Below, piece after piece: positions 47,999-59,356 of a DNA stretch of 64,000 bases; positions within the stretch are counted from its first letter, which is position 1; each line of letters opens with the position of its first letter. The stretch spans positions 1,504,576-1,568,575 of the forward strand of contig CAWFCL010000004.1 in the NCBI GenBank assembly GCA_963814365.1, written 5' to 3'. The notes under the pieces were generated by a model. The model ran no database searches. It had not been told where the DNA came from and worked only from the letters and a program-made list of their open reading frames with translations. The DNA is from an uncultured Actinomycetes bacterium. Its GTDB lineage: Bacteria; Actinomycetota; Thermoleophilia; RBG-16-64-13. The position numbers and the translations under genes were made by a program.

Positions 47999-50061
47999 TC
48001 ATTCGCTGGGTGTGATTACGTAGTTGCCATATGCGTCGACTGAACACACGCTGCGCGTCGGTATTACGGTCGTCACTGTGGGTTCCTGGATGATGGCTGC
48101 ACCCCGGATCACACTCCCGGGCTCGAGCTTCTCCCCGTCATATATCGGGACCGGGACGCGCTCGTGGTCGAAGTAGCACTCCTTCGTACCCAGTAGCGCT
48201 TGGGAGGGGTCGGCTGTAGCCATGTCGCGATGAGGTATGGGCAGCTTCTCTGAGTTGATCTTCGCTGTGACGCGCAGATTGATCATCTCCAGAGGCACCC
48301 AAGGCAGAGAGAAGGTGAAGAGCTCCTCATGCAGGACATGGAAGCGTTTCTCCATGTCTCTTATATCTTCGTCGGTGATGTCGTGTTCAGGGAGTCTGAT
48401 CTCCAGCACGTGGTATTGCCCCTGGTAGCGGACCTCGGCTGATTTCTCCACGACAAGCTCGTCTATCCCCACCTTGAACGCCTCGACATCTCTAAGCGCT
48501 TCAGCGACCATGTCCGCAAAGAGCCCGTCGATCAAGGCAACATCGGCCCTGTCCGACCTGGTGAGGTGAGAGCGTACGTAGTCGCGGCCTATATCCAGGA
48601 AGAACATGCTCCAAGCGCAGAACGCTGACGAGTAGCGGGGGACTATGGTCTTGCGGACGCCCAGCACCTCGGCCACAGACGGTCCACAGAGCGGTCCGCC
48701 GCCGCCGATCGCCAGCAGACTGAAGTCGCGGACGTCGTACCCTTGTGGGTGGATATCTCGGTGATCGCGTCGGCCATCGTGTGGTTGACAGTGGTAAAGA
48801 CCGCCTCAGCAGCCTTTTCGACGCTCATGCCCAGAGGGACGGCGACCTTGCTCATGGCCTGACGCGACAGTTCGGGCTGCAGCTTCAGCCGACCGCCGTT
48901 GAAGTTCTCTGGATCGATGTAGCCCAGAATGACTGCGGCATCGGTGACAGTCGGATCAATGCCACCTCGCCCGAAACAGGCCGGGCCGGGGATGGCCGAC
49001 GCACTTTGTGGACCCACTTGAAGCAGGCCCAAGGAGTCGATCCAGGCGATGCTGCCGCCACCGGCCCCGACGCTGATGACGTCTGCCACCTTGATGCCCA
49101 AACGATCGTCGTTCAGCCACTCGCCAACCTTCAGACTCACCTGTCGATCTTTGACCACGCTGGCGTCCCAAGTAGTGCCGCCCATGTCTCCGATGATGAA
49201 GTCGTCTTCGCCGATGGTCTCGCCCAGGTACGCCGCGCCCGCGGGTCCGGCGGCCGGACCCGAACCGGTCAGATAGACCGGCTTGGCGATCACCGCCTCG
49301 ACAGATTGCACGAACTGGTTGGCCTGGACGATGAGTAGCTGGTTGTCAAAACCGGCGTCTCGCAGCGCAGTCTCGAGCTTGGTCAAGTAGGTCTTCACGA
49401 TGGGACCCACAGCGGCGTTAATCACGCAGGTGCTCTCACGCTCGTACTCACCCATCTTAGGGAGCAGCAGACTGGAGCACGATATGAACACTTCGGGTAG
49501 CTCCTGGGCGCATATCTCCGCGGCGCGGATCTCATTGGCTGCGTTGGAGTAGGAGTTGATGAAGCAGATGGCGAGAGCTTCCACCTTCTCCCTCTTTATG
49601 CGCTCCAGCACCTCGCGCAACTCGTCCTCGTCAAGAGGGGTGACCACCTCACCCGAGGCCTTCGTCGTCTCGGACACTGTGAAGCGCAGCCGACGTGGGA
49701 CGAGAGGGTCGTACGGGGGGATATATGCCTCATACATCGAGTGTGTCTCGATCTTGGCCGAGCGCCGCATCTCGATGATGTCTCTGAAACCTTTGGTGGT
49801 GATCAGCGCGGTGGGGGAGAGCTTCCTCTGCACCAGAGCGTTGGTGGACACCGTCGTGCCGTGCACCAACCAGTCAGTCTGCTGCAGGAAGTCCCGGGTG
49901 CTCCGCTGAAAGTAACCGGCGGCATCCACGATCGTGTTCAGCACACCTTCTGCGAAGTCTGCCGGCGTGGTGGGCGCTTTGAATTGATGCAGGTGCCCCT
50001 CGCCGTCCAACACCACGCAATCGGTGAAGGTCCCCCCCGTGTCGATACATACTCTGTACAT
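47999..50061 (-). CDS. hydantoinase A / oxoprolinase-family protein, one frameshift
   Basis: The N-terminus MYRVCIDTGGTFTDCVVLD is the hallmark HyuA start. The frame changes near 48660, between ORFs 48643..50061 and 47999..48676 (...LLAIGGGGPLCGP/SVAEVLGV...). Confidence 0.88.
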
Positions 50062-50064
50062 ACG

Positions 50065-51228
50065 CTAGAACTGCCTCGGCATCGGGTCCACGCCCGGTCG
50101 GCCGGGATACTTGGCTGCCACGGCCTTGACACCTTCGCTGTCCAGGGCAGTCAGATGCCCGTTGTCGTAAAGCAGGGTATCGCCCATCTTCAGCGTGGGA
50201 TTGCGGATGTCGCCCGTGACGTGCATGTAGTACGGATAGTTCTCATTGGAGGGGGGTGCACCGATGTGCACGTGCACGTTGCGACTGTGCGAATGCTCGA
50301 TGATGCGCCTGTGCAGGTCGTTGGGGCACTGATGCGGCGCCACGATCGCCTGCGGATGCACGCCGAAATGGAACACGTTGAAGTCGTACACTCCCTCGCC
50401 CACGCGCGGCTTCATGTCCTCCAGGAACTTCTTCAAGGCCTCCGCTTCCCATCCACCTTCGATCGCCTTGATCTTGGTGTCCTCGATGATCAGCTTGATG
50501 GGTTTCTCGAGATAGGGAGAGATGCCGATGTACCGCGACCACCAGCTGAGCATGGTCTCGAAGACGAAGACCCCGTTGGTGTCGGTGATACGCACGGGCG
50601 GGTGCACCCACTCCGGCCAGGGCAGATAATGGCTGGCGTCCTTGCGCCGCGAGGAGTAAGGCATACCCGGATCGCCTTCCCTGCGATTCTCCGCCGGCGT
50701 AGTGCGTCCCTCTAGGTGGGTGCCGTTGGGGTCGGTGAGTACCCAAGGCAGGTCAGGCCTGACGTGCAGCGACGACTGGTAGCGGATCTCGCTGACCAGT
50801 TCCCAGGGGGTCTGCGCCCAAGCGGTGCAGAGCAGCGGGGCCGTGCTGGCGAAGTTGCGGATCATCCAGGTCTGCGCTTCTTCCAGGTAGTACCTGAACT
50901 CGGCCATCTCCTCGGTCACCAGGTTGTTGCAGTGGTTGATCATGACGTCAGCGTGCGTGATCGCGTCCTTGACCACTGGCGGGAACCGCCAGGCGTGCGG
51001 GGTCGCGGGCTCATCGATCCACAGTACCGAGGCGCGAGCGCCTCTAGCGGCCACACCGGCCTGTATCCAGCCTATGGCGTCCTCGTCAACGGGGCTATCG
51101 CCGCCGTACAACCCATCGACTTCCGCCATTATCACGACTTCCATGCCGGGCTTTATCTCGGCCACCACATCCAACATGTCACCTATGGATATCGCCGCCG
51201 CTTGGGGCATGCCTGGTCTAGCCATCAC
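50065..51228 (-). CDS. hypothetical protein, possible metal-dependent enzyme (no confident family)
   Basis: Intact 387-aa ORF ending 3 nt upstream of the hyuA-like gene. It has a His-rich segment (RRIIEHSHSRNVHVHIGAP). Its length and C-terminal pattern are loosely reminiscent of the M29 aminopeptidase/NicX fold, but this is unverified. Confidence 0.45.
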   Translation of the reverse strand: MMARPGMPQAAAISIGDMLDVVAEIKPGMEVVIMAEVDGLYGGDSPVDEDAIGWIQAGVAARGARASVLWIDEPATPHAWRFPPVVKDAITHADVMINHCNNLVTEEMAEFRYYLEEAQTWMIRNFASTAPLLCTAWAQTPWELVSEIRYQSSLHVRPDLPWVLTDPNGTHLEGRTTPAENRREGDPGMPYSSRRKDASHYLPWPEWVHPPVRITDTNGVFVFETMLSWWSRYIGISPYLEKPIKLIIEDTKIKAIEGGWEAEALKKFLEDMKPRVGEGVYDFNVFHFGVHPQAIVAPHQCPNDLHRRIIEHSHSRNVHVHIGAPPSNENYPYYMHVTGDIRNPTLKMGDTLLYDNGHLTALDSEGVKAVAAKYPGRPGVDPMPRQF

Positions 51229-51279
51229 TCCAACTCCTTTCGGTCTTTAGCCCTTGTGCGGGCCGGTCCATGCAAGCTG

Positions 51280-51975
51280 CTAGACGCCCAGCCATTTCTG
51301 CTTGACGTCTTCGTCGGTGCGCAGAGAGTCGGGCTTCCCCTCCCAGACCACGCTGCCCTTACTGATGACGTAGATGTCGTCGGCGACGGTGAGCGCCATG
51401 TTCAGGTTCTGCTCGGCCAACAGCACGGTCAACTTGCCCTTCAGCCGGCAGATGACTTGTCCGATGGTCTTGACCACCATGGGCGCCAGCCCCTCAGACG
51501 GCTCGTCCATGATCAGCAGGTCGGGATTTAGCATCAGAGCGCGAGCGACCGCCAACATCTGCTGCTCGCCACCGCTGAGTAGGTTGGCGTGCAGCCCTTG
51601 ACGCTCCTCCAGTATGGGGAAGAGGTCGTAGATCATCTTGAGATCCCAGGCACCCTCAACCTCGTTGCCGCGAGCAGCCACCATCAGGTTCTCTTTCACG
51701 CTCAGAGAGGGGAAGACGATCCGCCCCTGGGGGCAAAGACCTATGCCTTTGCGTGCGATCTGGTAGGGCTGGAGTCGGTCGATCCTCTCGCCCTGGAAGC
51801 GCACCTCGCCGCTGAGCGGGCTGGGCAACCCCATGATGGAACGGATGATGGTCGTCTTGCCCATCCCGTTGCGACCCATGACGGCGACAGTGGTCCCTTT
51901 GGGGACTCTCATCGAAAGGTCCCAGAGGACGTGGGTGTCACCATAGAAAGTGTTTATGTTGTCTAGCTCTAGCAA
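51280..51975 (-). CDS. branched-chain-amino-acid-type ABC transporter ATP-binding protein (LivF-like)
   Basis: Intact 231-aa ORF with Walker A (GRNGMGKTT), signature (LSGGEQQ) and Walker B (LLIMDEPS). Confidence 0.9.
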   Translation of the reverse strand: MLELDNINTFYGDTHVLWDLSMRVPKGTTVAVMGRNGMGKTTIIRSIMGLPSPLSGEVRFQGERIDRLQPYQIARKGIGLCPQGRIVFPSLSVKENLMVAARGNEVEGAWDLKMIYDLFPILEERQGLHANLLSGGEQQMLAVARALMLNPDLLIMDEPSEGLAPMVVKTIGQVICRLKGKLTVLLAEQNLNMALTVADDIYVISKGSVVWEGKPDSLRTDEDVKQKWLGV

Positions 51976-52718
51976 CTCTCGTCACTCCCCAGATAGATCT
52001 CCTGCACCTTGGGATCGGCGCTGACTTGCTCGGGGCTGCCCTTGGTCATGATCTCTCCGGAGTAGAGCACCATGATCTGGTCGGCCAGGTTGAACACCAG
52101 GTCCATATCGTGAGCGCAGAACAAGACCGTCGTGTCGCCGGCCAGCTGCCGGATGATATCGGCGAAGGCGGCCGCTTCCGCGGTCGGCAGTCCGGCAGTG
52201 GGTTCGTCCAACAGCACGATCTCCGGCTTGCTGGCGAACGCGCACAGGAGTTCGACCAGACGCTGGTCTCCGTATGACAAGACCTGCAGAGGCTCCCACC
52301 TCCTGTCGGCGAGACCCACCAGATCGAGCAACCGCTTAGCCTCGTCACGCATCGCCGCTCTCTTCTCAAGGCGACGGAACATCTGCAGGTGGTTCCTCTC
52401 GGCACCGTGAAGGGCCAGGAGGACGTTGTCGCGCACAGACAGTTCGAAGAACAGATTGTTGACCTGGAAGGACCGTCCTACCCCCAGGCGCAGCCGCCTG
52501 TCGGGCGAGAGCTTGCTGATATCGCGATCGTTCAGCAGGATGCGACCTCCCGAGATCGAAAGCTGACCGCCGATCATGTTGATGAGAGTCGTCTTGCCGG
52601 CACCATTGGGTCCGATCAAGGCCAGCTTCTCTCCTGGCTTGACCTCAAACGACACGTCGGCGAGCACGCTTAGCCCCCCGAAGTGCTTCGAAACGTGTTC
52701 GACTCTGAGCGTCGTCAT
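51969..52718 (-). CDS. branched-chain-amino-acid-type ABC transporter ATP-binding protein (LivG-like)
   Basis: Intact 249-aa ORF with Walker A (GPNGAGKTT), a signature-like motif (LSYGDQR) and Walker B (IVLLDEPT). Confidence 0.9.
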   Translation of the reverse strand: MTTLRVEHVSKHFGGLSVLADVSFEVKPGEKLALIGPNGAGKTTLINMIGGQLSISGGRILLNDRDISKLSPDRRLRLGVGRSFQVNNLFFELSVRDNVLLALHGAERNHLQMFRRLEKRAAMRDEAKRLLDLVGLADRRWEPLQVLSYGDQRLVELLCAFASKPEIVLLDEPTAGLPTAEAAAFADIIRQLAGDTTVLFCAHDMDLVFNLADQIMVLYSGEIMTKGSPEQVSADPKVQEIYLGSDESC

Positions 52719-54737
52719 GACTGCACCTCGCTCTCAGACGCCGCTTCGAGACGCTGCGGGCGTCTTGGCAGCAACCCAAACAACCAGTCCCATGCCCTCT
52801 GCAGATAGCGCGCAAAGCCGCCTGGGAGGAACATGACGGCGAGCACGAAGACAACGCCTATGACGATGTCCCAGTAGTTCTGAAAGTGCACGTTTGCGTA
52901 TTCCCTCAGCCAGATCACTAGAGCGGCTAGGCTGGGACCCCAGAGCGTCCCCCTGCCACCCAGGATGATCATCAACATGGGATACGAACACATCTCCAAC
53001 GTCAGTGTCGAAGGCGTCATGCTGCCCCCCTCGTAGGCGAAGAGGATGCCCGCCATACCGGCGAAGACGCCGCCGACCACCACTCCCACATACTTCTGCC
53101 GCCAGGTGTTGAACCCCAGACTCCTCATGCGTTGCTCGTTGAGCCTGATGCCGACCAACGTCCTGCCGAAGGAGGAGTTGGCTATGTACCGGATGATTAC
53201 GTAACAGACCACAAAGACGATCAAGACCATGTAGTAGTACTTGAGGTTGGTCCACTGGATAGCGAAGCCTAGGTTGGGTCGTTCTGTCCAGGTGAGGCCG
53301 TCGATGCCGTTGGTGACCCTGGTCCATTTGGTCGCCAGCACGAAGAAGACCTGCCCCAGACCCATCGTCACCAACAGGTAGTAGATGCCCGACACCCTTA
53401 GGCTGATATAGCCGAAAACCAAGGCCACCAACAAGGTCACCCCCAGGGCCACCAGTGCAGGCCACCCAGAACGAGGTGATACCCAACTTCACCACCACGG
53501 CCAGGACCGTGTATCCGCCGACGCCCAAGAAGGCGGCGTGTCCGAAGGAGACCAGTCCGGCGTAGCCCATGGTCAGATCCAAGCTGATCGCGAACAGGGC
53601 GAAGATGACCACCTTGGTAAGGATGCTCTGCTGATATACCCCCAGCCCCAGAGGGACGAAGGCAAGAACCAGCAGTATCGCCAAGTACGGCACGCCGACG
53701 CGCAATAGAGACCAGCCCCTCGACTCGCCACCACTCGCGGGCCTAGCGGCGAGGTCTTGGTCCTCCCCTTTCCGCACAAACGACCCGACCTTACACGACA
53801 ACCAGCCACACGCCTGGTTCCACCAGTCCCAGTTGCGACGTCTGGAACCCTCGGTATACAGACTCGCGGTGGAGTCACCGGCGATGGGCCTGCCCAGCAG
53901 GCCGCTGGGCTTGATCAGGAGCACCACGATCAGGGCCACGTACTGAACGAAGCCCTCGTAGTTGGAGAAGTAGGCCGAACCGAAAGATTTCAGCAACCCC
54001 AGGATAAGCCCTCCGACCAAGGCCCCTTGGATGGAGCCGGTCCCCCCCACGACCACTACGATCATGGACAGGAGCAACACATCCCAAGCTACCTTGAGGT
54101 TGATGCCCGTGGCGGTGGCCCCTATGAGCCCCGACATTCCTGCTACAAAGGCTCCCAGAACAAAGATGCCTGTAAAGACACGTTTGAGGTTGATGCCTAG
54201 AGCTCCGGCTATCTCCCTGTTGTCCATTCCGGCCCGGACCACCGCCCCCATCCTGGTCTTCTCCTGAAGCATCCACAGCAATGCGGCGATGACCAGACCT
54301 AGAACGATGATGAATATCTTGATGTCGGGGATGATGACGCCGCCCATGCGAGTCGAACCGCTGAGCAGACTGGGCAGCAGCTGGCCGTTGGGAGTCCCCT
54401 CCCATATGTTCCTGATCGCACCTGTGATGATGTAGATAAAGCCGATGGTCAATAGCACCTGGCTGGTCGGCTGACCGTAGAGTCGACGCAAGAAGACGAC
54501 TTCAAGAAGTAGACCGATGACCCCAGCAAACACAGCCCCGATGAGCACACCCAACCACCAGTTGTGGACTTGCAGGGCTGCCCACAGGGCCACGTACCCA
54601 CCGATCATGTAGAGAGCCCCATGGGCCAAGTTGATGATGCGCATCAAGCCCATGGTCAGCGTCAGACCGGCCGCCAAGAGGAAAAGGATGAACCCAAGAG
54701 ACAGTCCGAAGACGAATACCTGTATCACAGTGCTCAT
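52715..54737 (-). CDS. fused LivH-LivM-type ABC permease, one frameshift
   Basis: The LivH-like half (first about 290 aa) continues without a stop through a linker of about 60 aa into a LivM-like half. The frame changes near 53460 into ORF 52715..53452. Confidence 0.78.
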
Positions 54738-54815
54738 ATGAAGCTCCCGTACCCCCTTCTAGGTGGCAGTCGAGACTCTCTGCATAGTGCGTTCTCTACC
54801 GCTATCGATCTGTGT

Positions 54816-54853
54816 GATCGTGGGCGCGGGAACGAGATCCCGCGCCCACGATC
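54816..54853 (-). terminator. intercistronic perfect hairpin between the binding-protein and permease genes
   Basis: A 16-bp perfect stem (GATCGTGGGCGCGGGA / TCCCGCGCCCACGATC) with a 6-nt loop, 28 nt downstream of the binding-protein stop. There is no U-tract. It could be an attenuator or an mRNA-stabilising element. Confidence 0.5.
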
Positions 54854-54880
54854 TTCGTCAGACCGAGATAGTGCTACCTG

Positions 54881-56164
54881 CTACTTGCCAAAACCGGCAG
54901 TAGGCACCGCTTCGTAGGTCTTCACCGTCTTGTATCCGTACGGCCACTCCCACCCTTCTGGGTTCGCCGTCACTTCACATATGTAGACGTTCCTGATGGC
55001 GACATTCGGCCAAATGCTGTCAGCGTCGAAGTAGGCAGGACCTTGCGGACCTTCCCACGCGGTCGACAGCATGCCGTCCATAAGAGCCTGCGGGCTGGTG
55101 TCGCCACCGTTGGCCTCGATGACCTTGATGAACAGCTGCGCGGCATCGTACGGGTTGACGTTACTGCCATCCAGAGCTACCTCGCCAGAGCCGGCCGGAT
55201 AGGTCTCGTTCCACAAGCGCACGAACTCTGCGTTGGCGTCGCTGACGTAGTCGGGCGCGTACTCGATCGGGGTCGGAATACCTGCCATCGCGGCGGCGGC
55301 CTCAGGATTGTTCAGGTCTTTGAATATGTAGGGGTCAAAGGTAGCGCCATGGAAGATGCCCACCTTCGGCATGGTGACTCCGAGTTGCTGGAACGCGATG
55401 ACCAGTCTCTGAGCGTCGGCACCGGGGAACCAGTAGGCCAAAGCGTCAGCCGGCTTGAGGGTAGTCAAGATCGAGCTGAAGTCGAGAGTGTTCTGCGGAG
55501 CCGTCTTCGCGTCCGCTATCGTCCCACCGAGGGCCTCGAACTCAGCGGTGAAAGGACCATTGAAAGTGGTGCCCGCTGCGCCTTCGGGCGCAAGGGTGTC
55601 GATGTTCTTGTAGCCCAGGGTGTTGTACACGTAGTCCGCCATGCAGCTGGGCTGCTGCAGGTTAGAGCCACCTGCCGCGACCAGCCACGGGTTGTTGATG
55701 AAGATGACCTCGGGCGAGGGGCTGTAGATGATCAGCGGCACGCCGGCCGTCTTCATGTAGGTAGCGACGGTGTACTTCTCACCGATGGCGGTAGGACCGA
55801 AGATGGCCACTACCCCGTCCTGCTCCACCAGCTTCTTGGCACGAGCAAGAGCTTGGTTAGGATCGTCAGCGGCATCCTCGGTGATGATCTCGACCGGCCG
55901 GTCGCCGATGCGATCGTTGATGGCCGCAAAAGCCAGCTCTAACGACTTCGCCATGTTCTGACCGGTGGTGGCTTCGACACCACTCAGGTCGCAGATATGG
56001 CCGATCTTGATGGGTTCACCAGTAGCCGGAGGCAAGGTCGTCGTCGGCTCGCCCAAGGTGGTGCTGGTTGTGGTCTCTTCAGTGCCACCGCCGCAGGCCA
56101 CAGCAAGAATGGCAACCACGACCACCAACGCAATTACCCCTGCCAACAAGTACCGTTTCTTCAC
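54881..56164 (-). CDS. Liv-type (type I periplasmic-binding fold) ABC substrate-binding lipoprotein
   Basis: Intact 427-aa ORF with a lipobox (LAVACGGG), a Thr-rich linker and the pattern IKIGHICDLSGVEATTGQ typical of the LivK/amide/aromatic-acid binding family. Confidence 0.88.
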   Translation of the reverse strand: MKKRYLLAGVIALVVVVAILAVACGGGTEETTTSTTLGEPTTTLPPATGEPIKIGHICDLSGVEATTGQNMAKSLELAFAAINDRIGDRPVEIITEDAADDPNQALARAKKLVEQDGVVAIFGPTAIGEKYTVATYMKTAGVPLIIYSPSPEVIFINNPWLVAAGGSNLQQPSCMADYVYNTLGYKNIDTLAPEGAAGTTFNGPFTAEFEALGGTIADAKTAPQNTLDFSSILTTLKPADALAYWFPGADAQRLVIAFQQLGVTMPKVGIFHGATFDPYIFKDLNNPEAAAAMAGIPTPIEYAPDYVSDANAEFVRLWNETYPAGSGEVALDGSNVNPYDAAQLFIKVIEANGGDTSPQALMDGMLSTAWEGPQGPAYFDADSIWPNVAIRNVYICEVTANPEGWEWPYGYKTVKTYEAVPTAGFGK

Positions 56165-56200
56165 TGTTCCGCCCTCCTGTTATCTGGAGAAAACTCGGTG

Positions 56201-56747
56201 CTACTCGAACAGAAACAGAGCTGACTCGCTCTTGACCTCGCCGCCTCCTTTCCTGGTGCCTAATGTCACGACTGTCTCTGTCATGTTGACGGCCATCTTG
56301 TACAGCACCTCCTTGGCCGTCTCGAGCATCCTCAAGGGGGATGCCCTGCAGCGCCCGGTCGAGGTTCTGCTGCGCAAGCGGGATCAAGTGCGCCACCATC
56401 CTGCGTCCCTCTGCAGTAAGATGGACTAGGTTGGAGCGGCCGTCTCCGGGATTGCGTCTGCGCACCACCACGCCTTGTTCCTCAAGCTTGGTGATGAGAT
56501 GGAAGGCGGCGACCTTGCTCCGGTGAAAACGGTCGGCCATCGTCTGCTGGGAGAGCCCATCCTGCTCCCAGAGTTGGGCGATGAAAGAGAACTGTTCGGG
56601 GCTGACTCTGTACCCAGCTTCCGCGAAGCTCTTGATGAGTCCCTCTTGGATGCGCTTGGAGCAGTAGGCAACGACCCAACCCATCGGGTCGGTGGGCCAA
56701 CTCCGCGTGATTATCGATGCCACATCTGGACGCTTAGTTGCCACCAC
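56201..56747 (-). CDS. MarR-family transcriptional regulator (paralogue of 40786..41251), one frameshift near the C-terminus
   Basis: It has a winged HTH (EQFSFIAQLWEQDGLSQQTMADRFHRSKVAAFHLITKLEEQGVVVRRRNPGDGRS). A sigma70-like promoter (TTGACA, 17 nt, TAGGGT, minus strand, 56807-56779) lies inside the ORF-track extension, so I placed the start at GTG 56747 or 56744. The tail is frame-shifted near 56330 and reaches the stop at 56201. Confidence 0.72.
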
Positions 56748-56812
56748 ATCCCCCGCCGACGGACCGTGCTGGTTAACTACCCTAACTTTGTCTGGGGGTT
56801 GTGTCAAGAGGT

Positions 56813-58073
56813 TTAGCAGCTTAACCACCGTGCCTGGCGAGGATCCATCACTGACGCCCGTGTCCGGCTAGGCTCTCGAGTATCTCGCGAGCTCTGTCGA
56901 GGTACTGCCTCGTAGATGCCCTCGTACTCCGCCGACCTGTCCTCAAGAAAGGCGATGATCTCCTGCCCCTTGTCGACGTACGGACTGTTGCTCGCCTTCA
57001 GCTCCTCGGCCCACGTGTCCCACACACCGATCAGAGCCCGTTTCCACTGCGCCATGTCTTCTTCGGTGGGCTCGCTGATGGGAGCGTTGCCCACGCTCTT
57101 GTCGTAGCCCTCCAGTTGCATCCTGGCTTCGCGCGTGATCTCCTCGTTCACGATCGCGTACGTGATCGAATCGTCCCGGCCACTTACGCTCAGGATCGCT
57201 TGCTGGACGTCGGCAGGCATCGTGTTCCAGACATCCTTGTTCATCACCAGCATCCAAGGCCTGTACAAGAGGTCCAGATGCGTGCGGTGGTCCGTGTAGT
57301 CCTTCACGCCGACTGCCATTATGTACGACCACGTCAGAAAGGCTCCATCCGCAAGGCCGCGCTCCATAGAGGGGGCCAGACCACCGACCATGACATCGAC
57401 CGGATCGCTATCCAGCTCCCGAAGCATCCAGTCCTCGACCTTGCCGCCTGAGCGCATCTTTATCCCGGCGAGATCCCTAGGGAGGAGCACTTCTTTGGTG
57501 CCGACATACTGTGCGCCCGATATGCAGGTCACGCCGAGCACTATCACGTCGCGGAACTCCTCGTCGCAGTACTCTTCGTATAGATCCCACATAGACGCCG
57601 TAGCCACTGCCGGGTCAGGGAACAGCAAGGGCATAGAACCAACCTCGAACACCGGAAACACTCCCGGGGTGTATTCAGGCTCGACCACTGCTATGTCACA
57701 CGTACCCGAGAGCACAGCGTCATATTGCTGGTCGTCCTTGGCCAATGCCCCGTTCCCGTAGGGCCTTGATGGTGACCCGGCCACCGGTGGCGGCTTCTAC
57801 AGCCGTAGACCAGGGCACCACGTGCGCCGCGTAGAGGCTGGCTTCTTCGCTGAAGCCGAAGGAGACCTTGAGTTCCCACGTCTGGCCCCGATCCTCCACC
57901 GCAGGGGTATCAGTGTCGGCCTCTGCGTTCCCGCCAAAGAAAAGCGCCATCATGGCCAGAAGACTGAACACCAAGGCCGCGGCCACGGGCAGCGCGAGCA
58001 ACGCCCCTCTCCTCACCAGAGCCTTCTTCTTATTGCTGTCGCTTTCTACCGTGTTCACGAGCCCCCGTGTCAC
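56813..58073 (-). pseudogene. TRAP-type (DctP-family) substrate-binding protein, paralogue of 43953..45203, frameshifted
   Basis: The N-terminal signal anchor is in ORF 57720..58073 and the remainder is in 56813..57784 (...GIKMRSGGKVEDWMLRELDSDPVDVMVGG...ADGAFLTW...). A frameshift lies near 57750, and possibly another near the 3' end. Confidence 0.7.
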
Positions 58074-58224
58074 TCAGCAGGTCTATGGCGAACAGTCTGA
58101 CGATTCCTTCAAGGTCCTTCAATCACCTTCGTCGGGGAACTATCGGAGGAGAAGGCCCCTACATAAGTTCATCGATGGCCGCAATGGTGGCCTGACAGCG
58201 GGCGACTGAGATACTCTTGGCACG

Positions 58225-59356
58225 ATGCGCCAGATTACTGCTACCAAGATCGACCCCATCGTCCGCAGGGTCCTTGCGAACCCGCACTTCTGGGTGCTGG
58301 TCGCTCTCTCGACGATGCTGCTCTTCGTCTACCAGGCGTGGCCGTGGAGAGACTGGCAGTTCACGCAAGGCTTCTGGAGCCATTTCTCGTGGCTCTCGGG
58401 CCTCAACTCCTTCGTCACCAACGTGGAACTCAAACTCAACATGTTCGGCGTACTGTTCTTCGTGCCGATAATCTACGGGTCTCTGACTCTCTCTTGGCCC
58501 GGCGGCATATTCGCATGGCTGCTTTCCCTGCTGTGGCTGCTCCCGAATGTCAGTCACTGGGGCGCAAGATGGATGGTCGGCAATTTGGCGCTGCTGCTGC
58601 TGCCCGCTCTGTTGGCGGCGATACTGGCGGGCGAAAGACGGTGGCGAGAAAGTGAGAGGCGCCACTACGCTGAGAACGAGCAACTGGGCCGGGCCTATGT
58701 CGCCCGCCTACTCCAGACCCAGGAATCGGAGCGCCGTCGCATCGCCCAAGAGATCCACGATCAGACGCTGCAGACTCTGCTGGCCATTGCCAACAAGCTG
58801 GACTCTCTCGCATCCTCAGCCGTCGGTACCGCCACAGAAGAGCGGCATCACCTGGGCGAGGCGGAAGCTCATGGACAGCATGGACGACCTCCGAAGACTG
58901 AGTGTGACACTCAGACCCAGCATCTTGGACAACTTCGGACTCGTCGCCGGCATCCGATGGCTGACCGACAACTCCACAGAGGGTAGCTGCCGGATATCGA
59001 CTCGAGTAAGGGGACAATCCCCCGAGACCATGGCCGCCGACTCCGAAGCCACGGCCTTCCGAGTGGCTCAGGAAGCGGTGGTCAACATACAACGCCACTC
59101 CGCGGCCAAGACTGCCAGTGTCACGCTGGAGTTCGCAGAAGACGCGCTGCACATGGAGATCCAGGACGATGGGGTCGGCTTCGCCCTCCCCGAGAAGCTC
59201 ACGCAGTATGCGACGCAGGGCAGGCTGGGCATTATCGGGATGGAGGAGCGAGTCCTATCGGTCGGCGGCACCATCCAGCTGCAGTCGCACCCCGGGAGAG
59301 GTACCCGGATCCGAGCCAGGATCCCGTATGCGGCGTCAGAACAGACCCTATCCTAA
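58225..59356 (+). CDS. sensor histidine kinase (HisKA_3 / NarL-partner type), one frameshift
   Basis: It has a polytopic N-terminal membrane domain, an H-box (ESERRRIAQEIHDQTLQTL) and an HATPase_c domain (…DDGVGF…GRLGIIGMEERV…). The frame changes near 58850, between ORFs 58225..58986 and 58547..59356. Confidence 0.85.
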
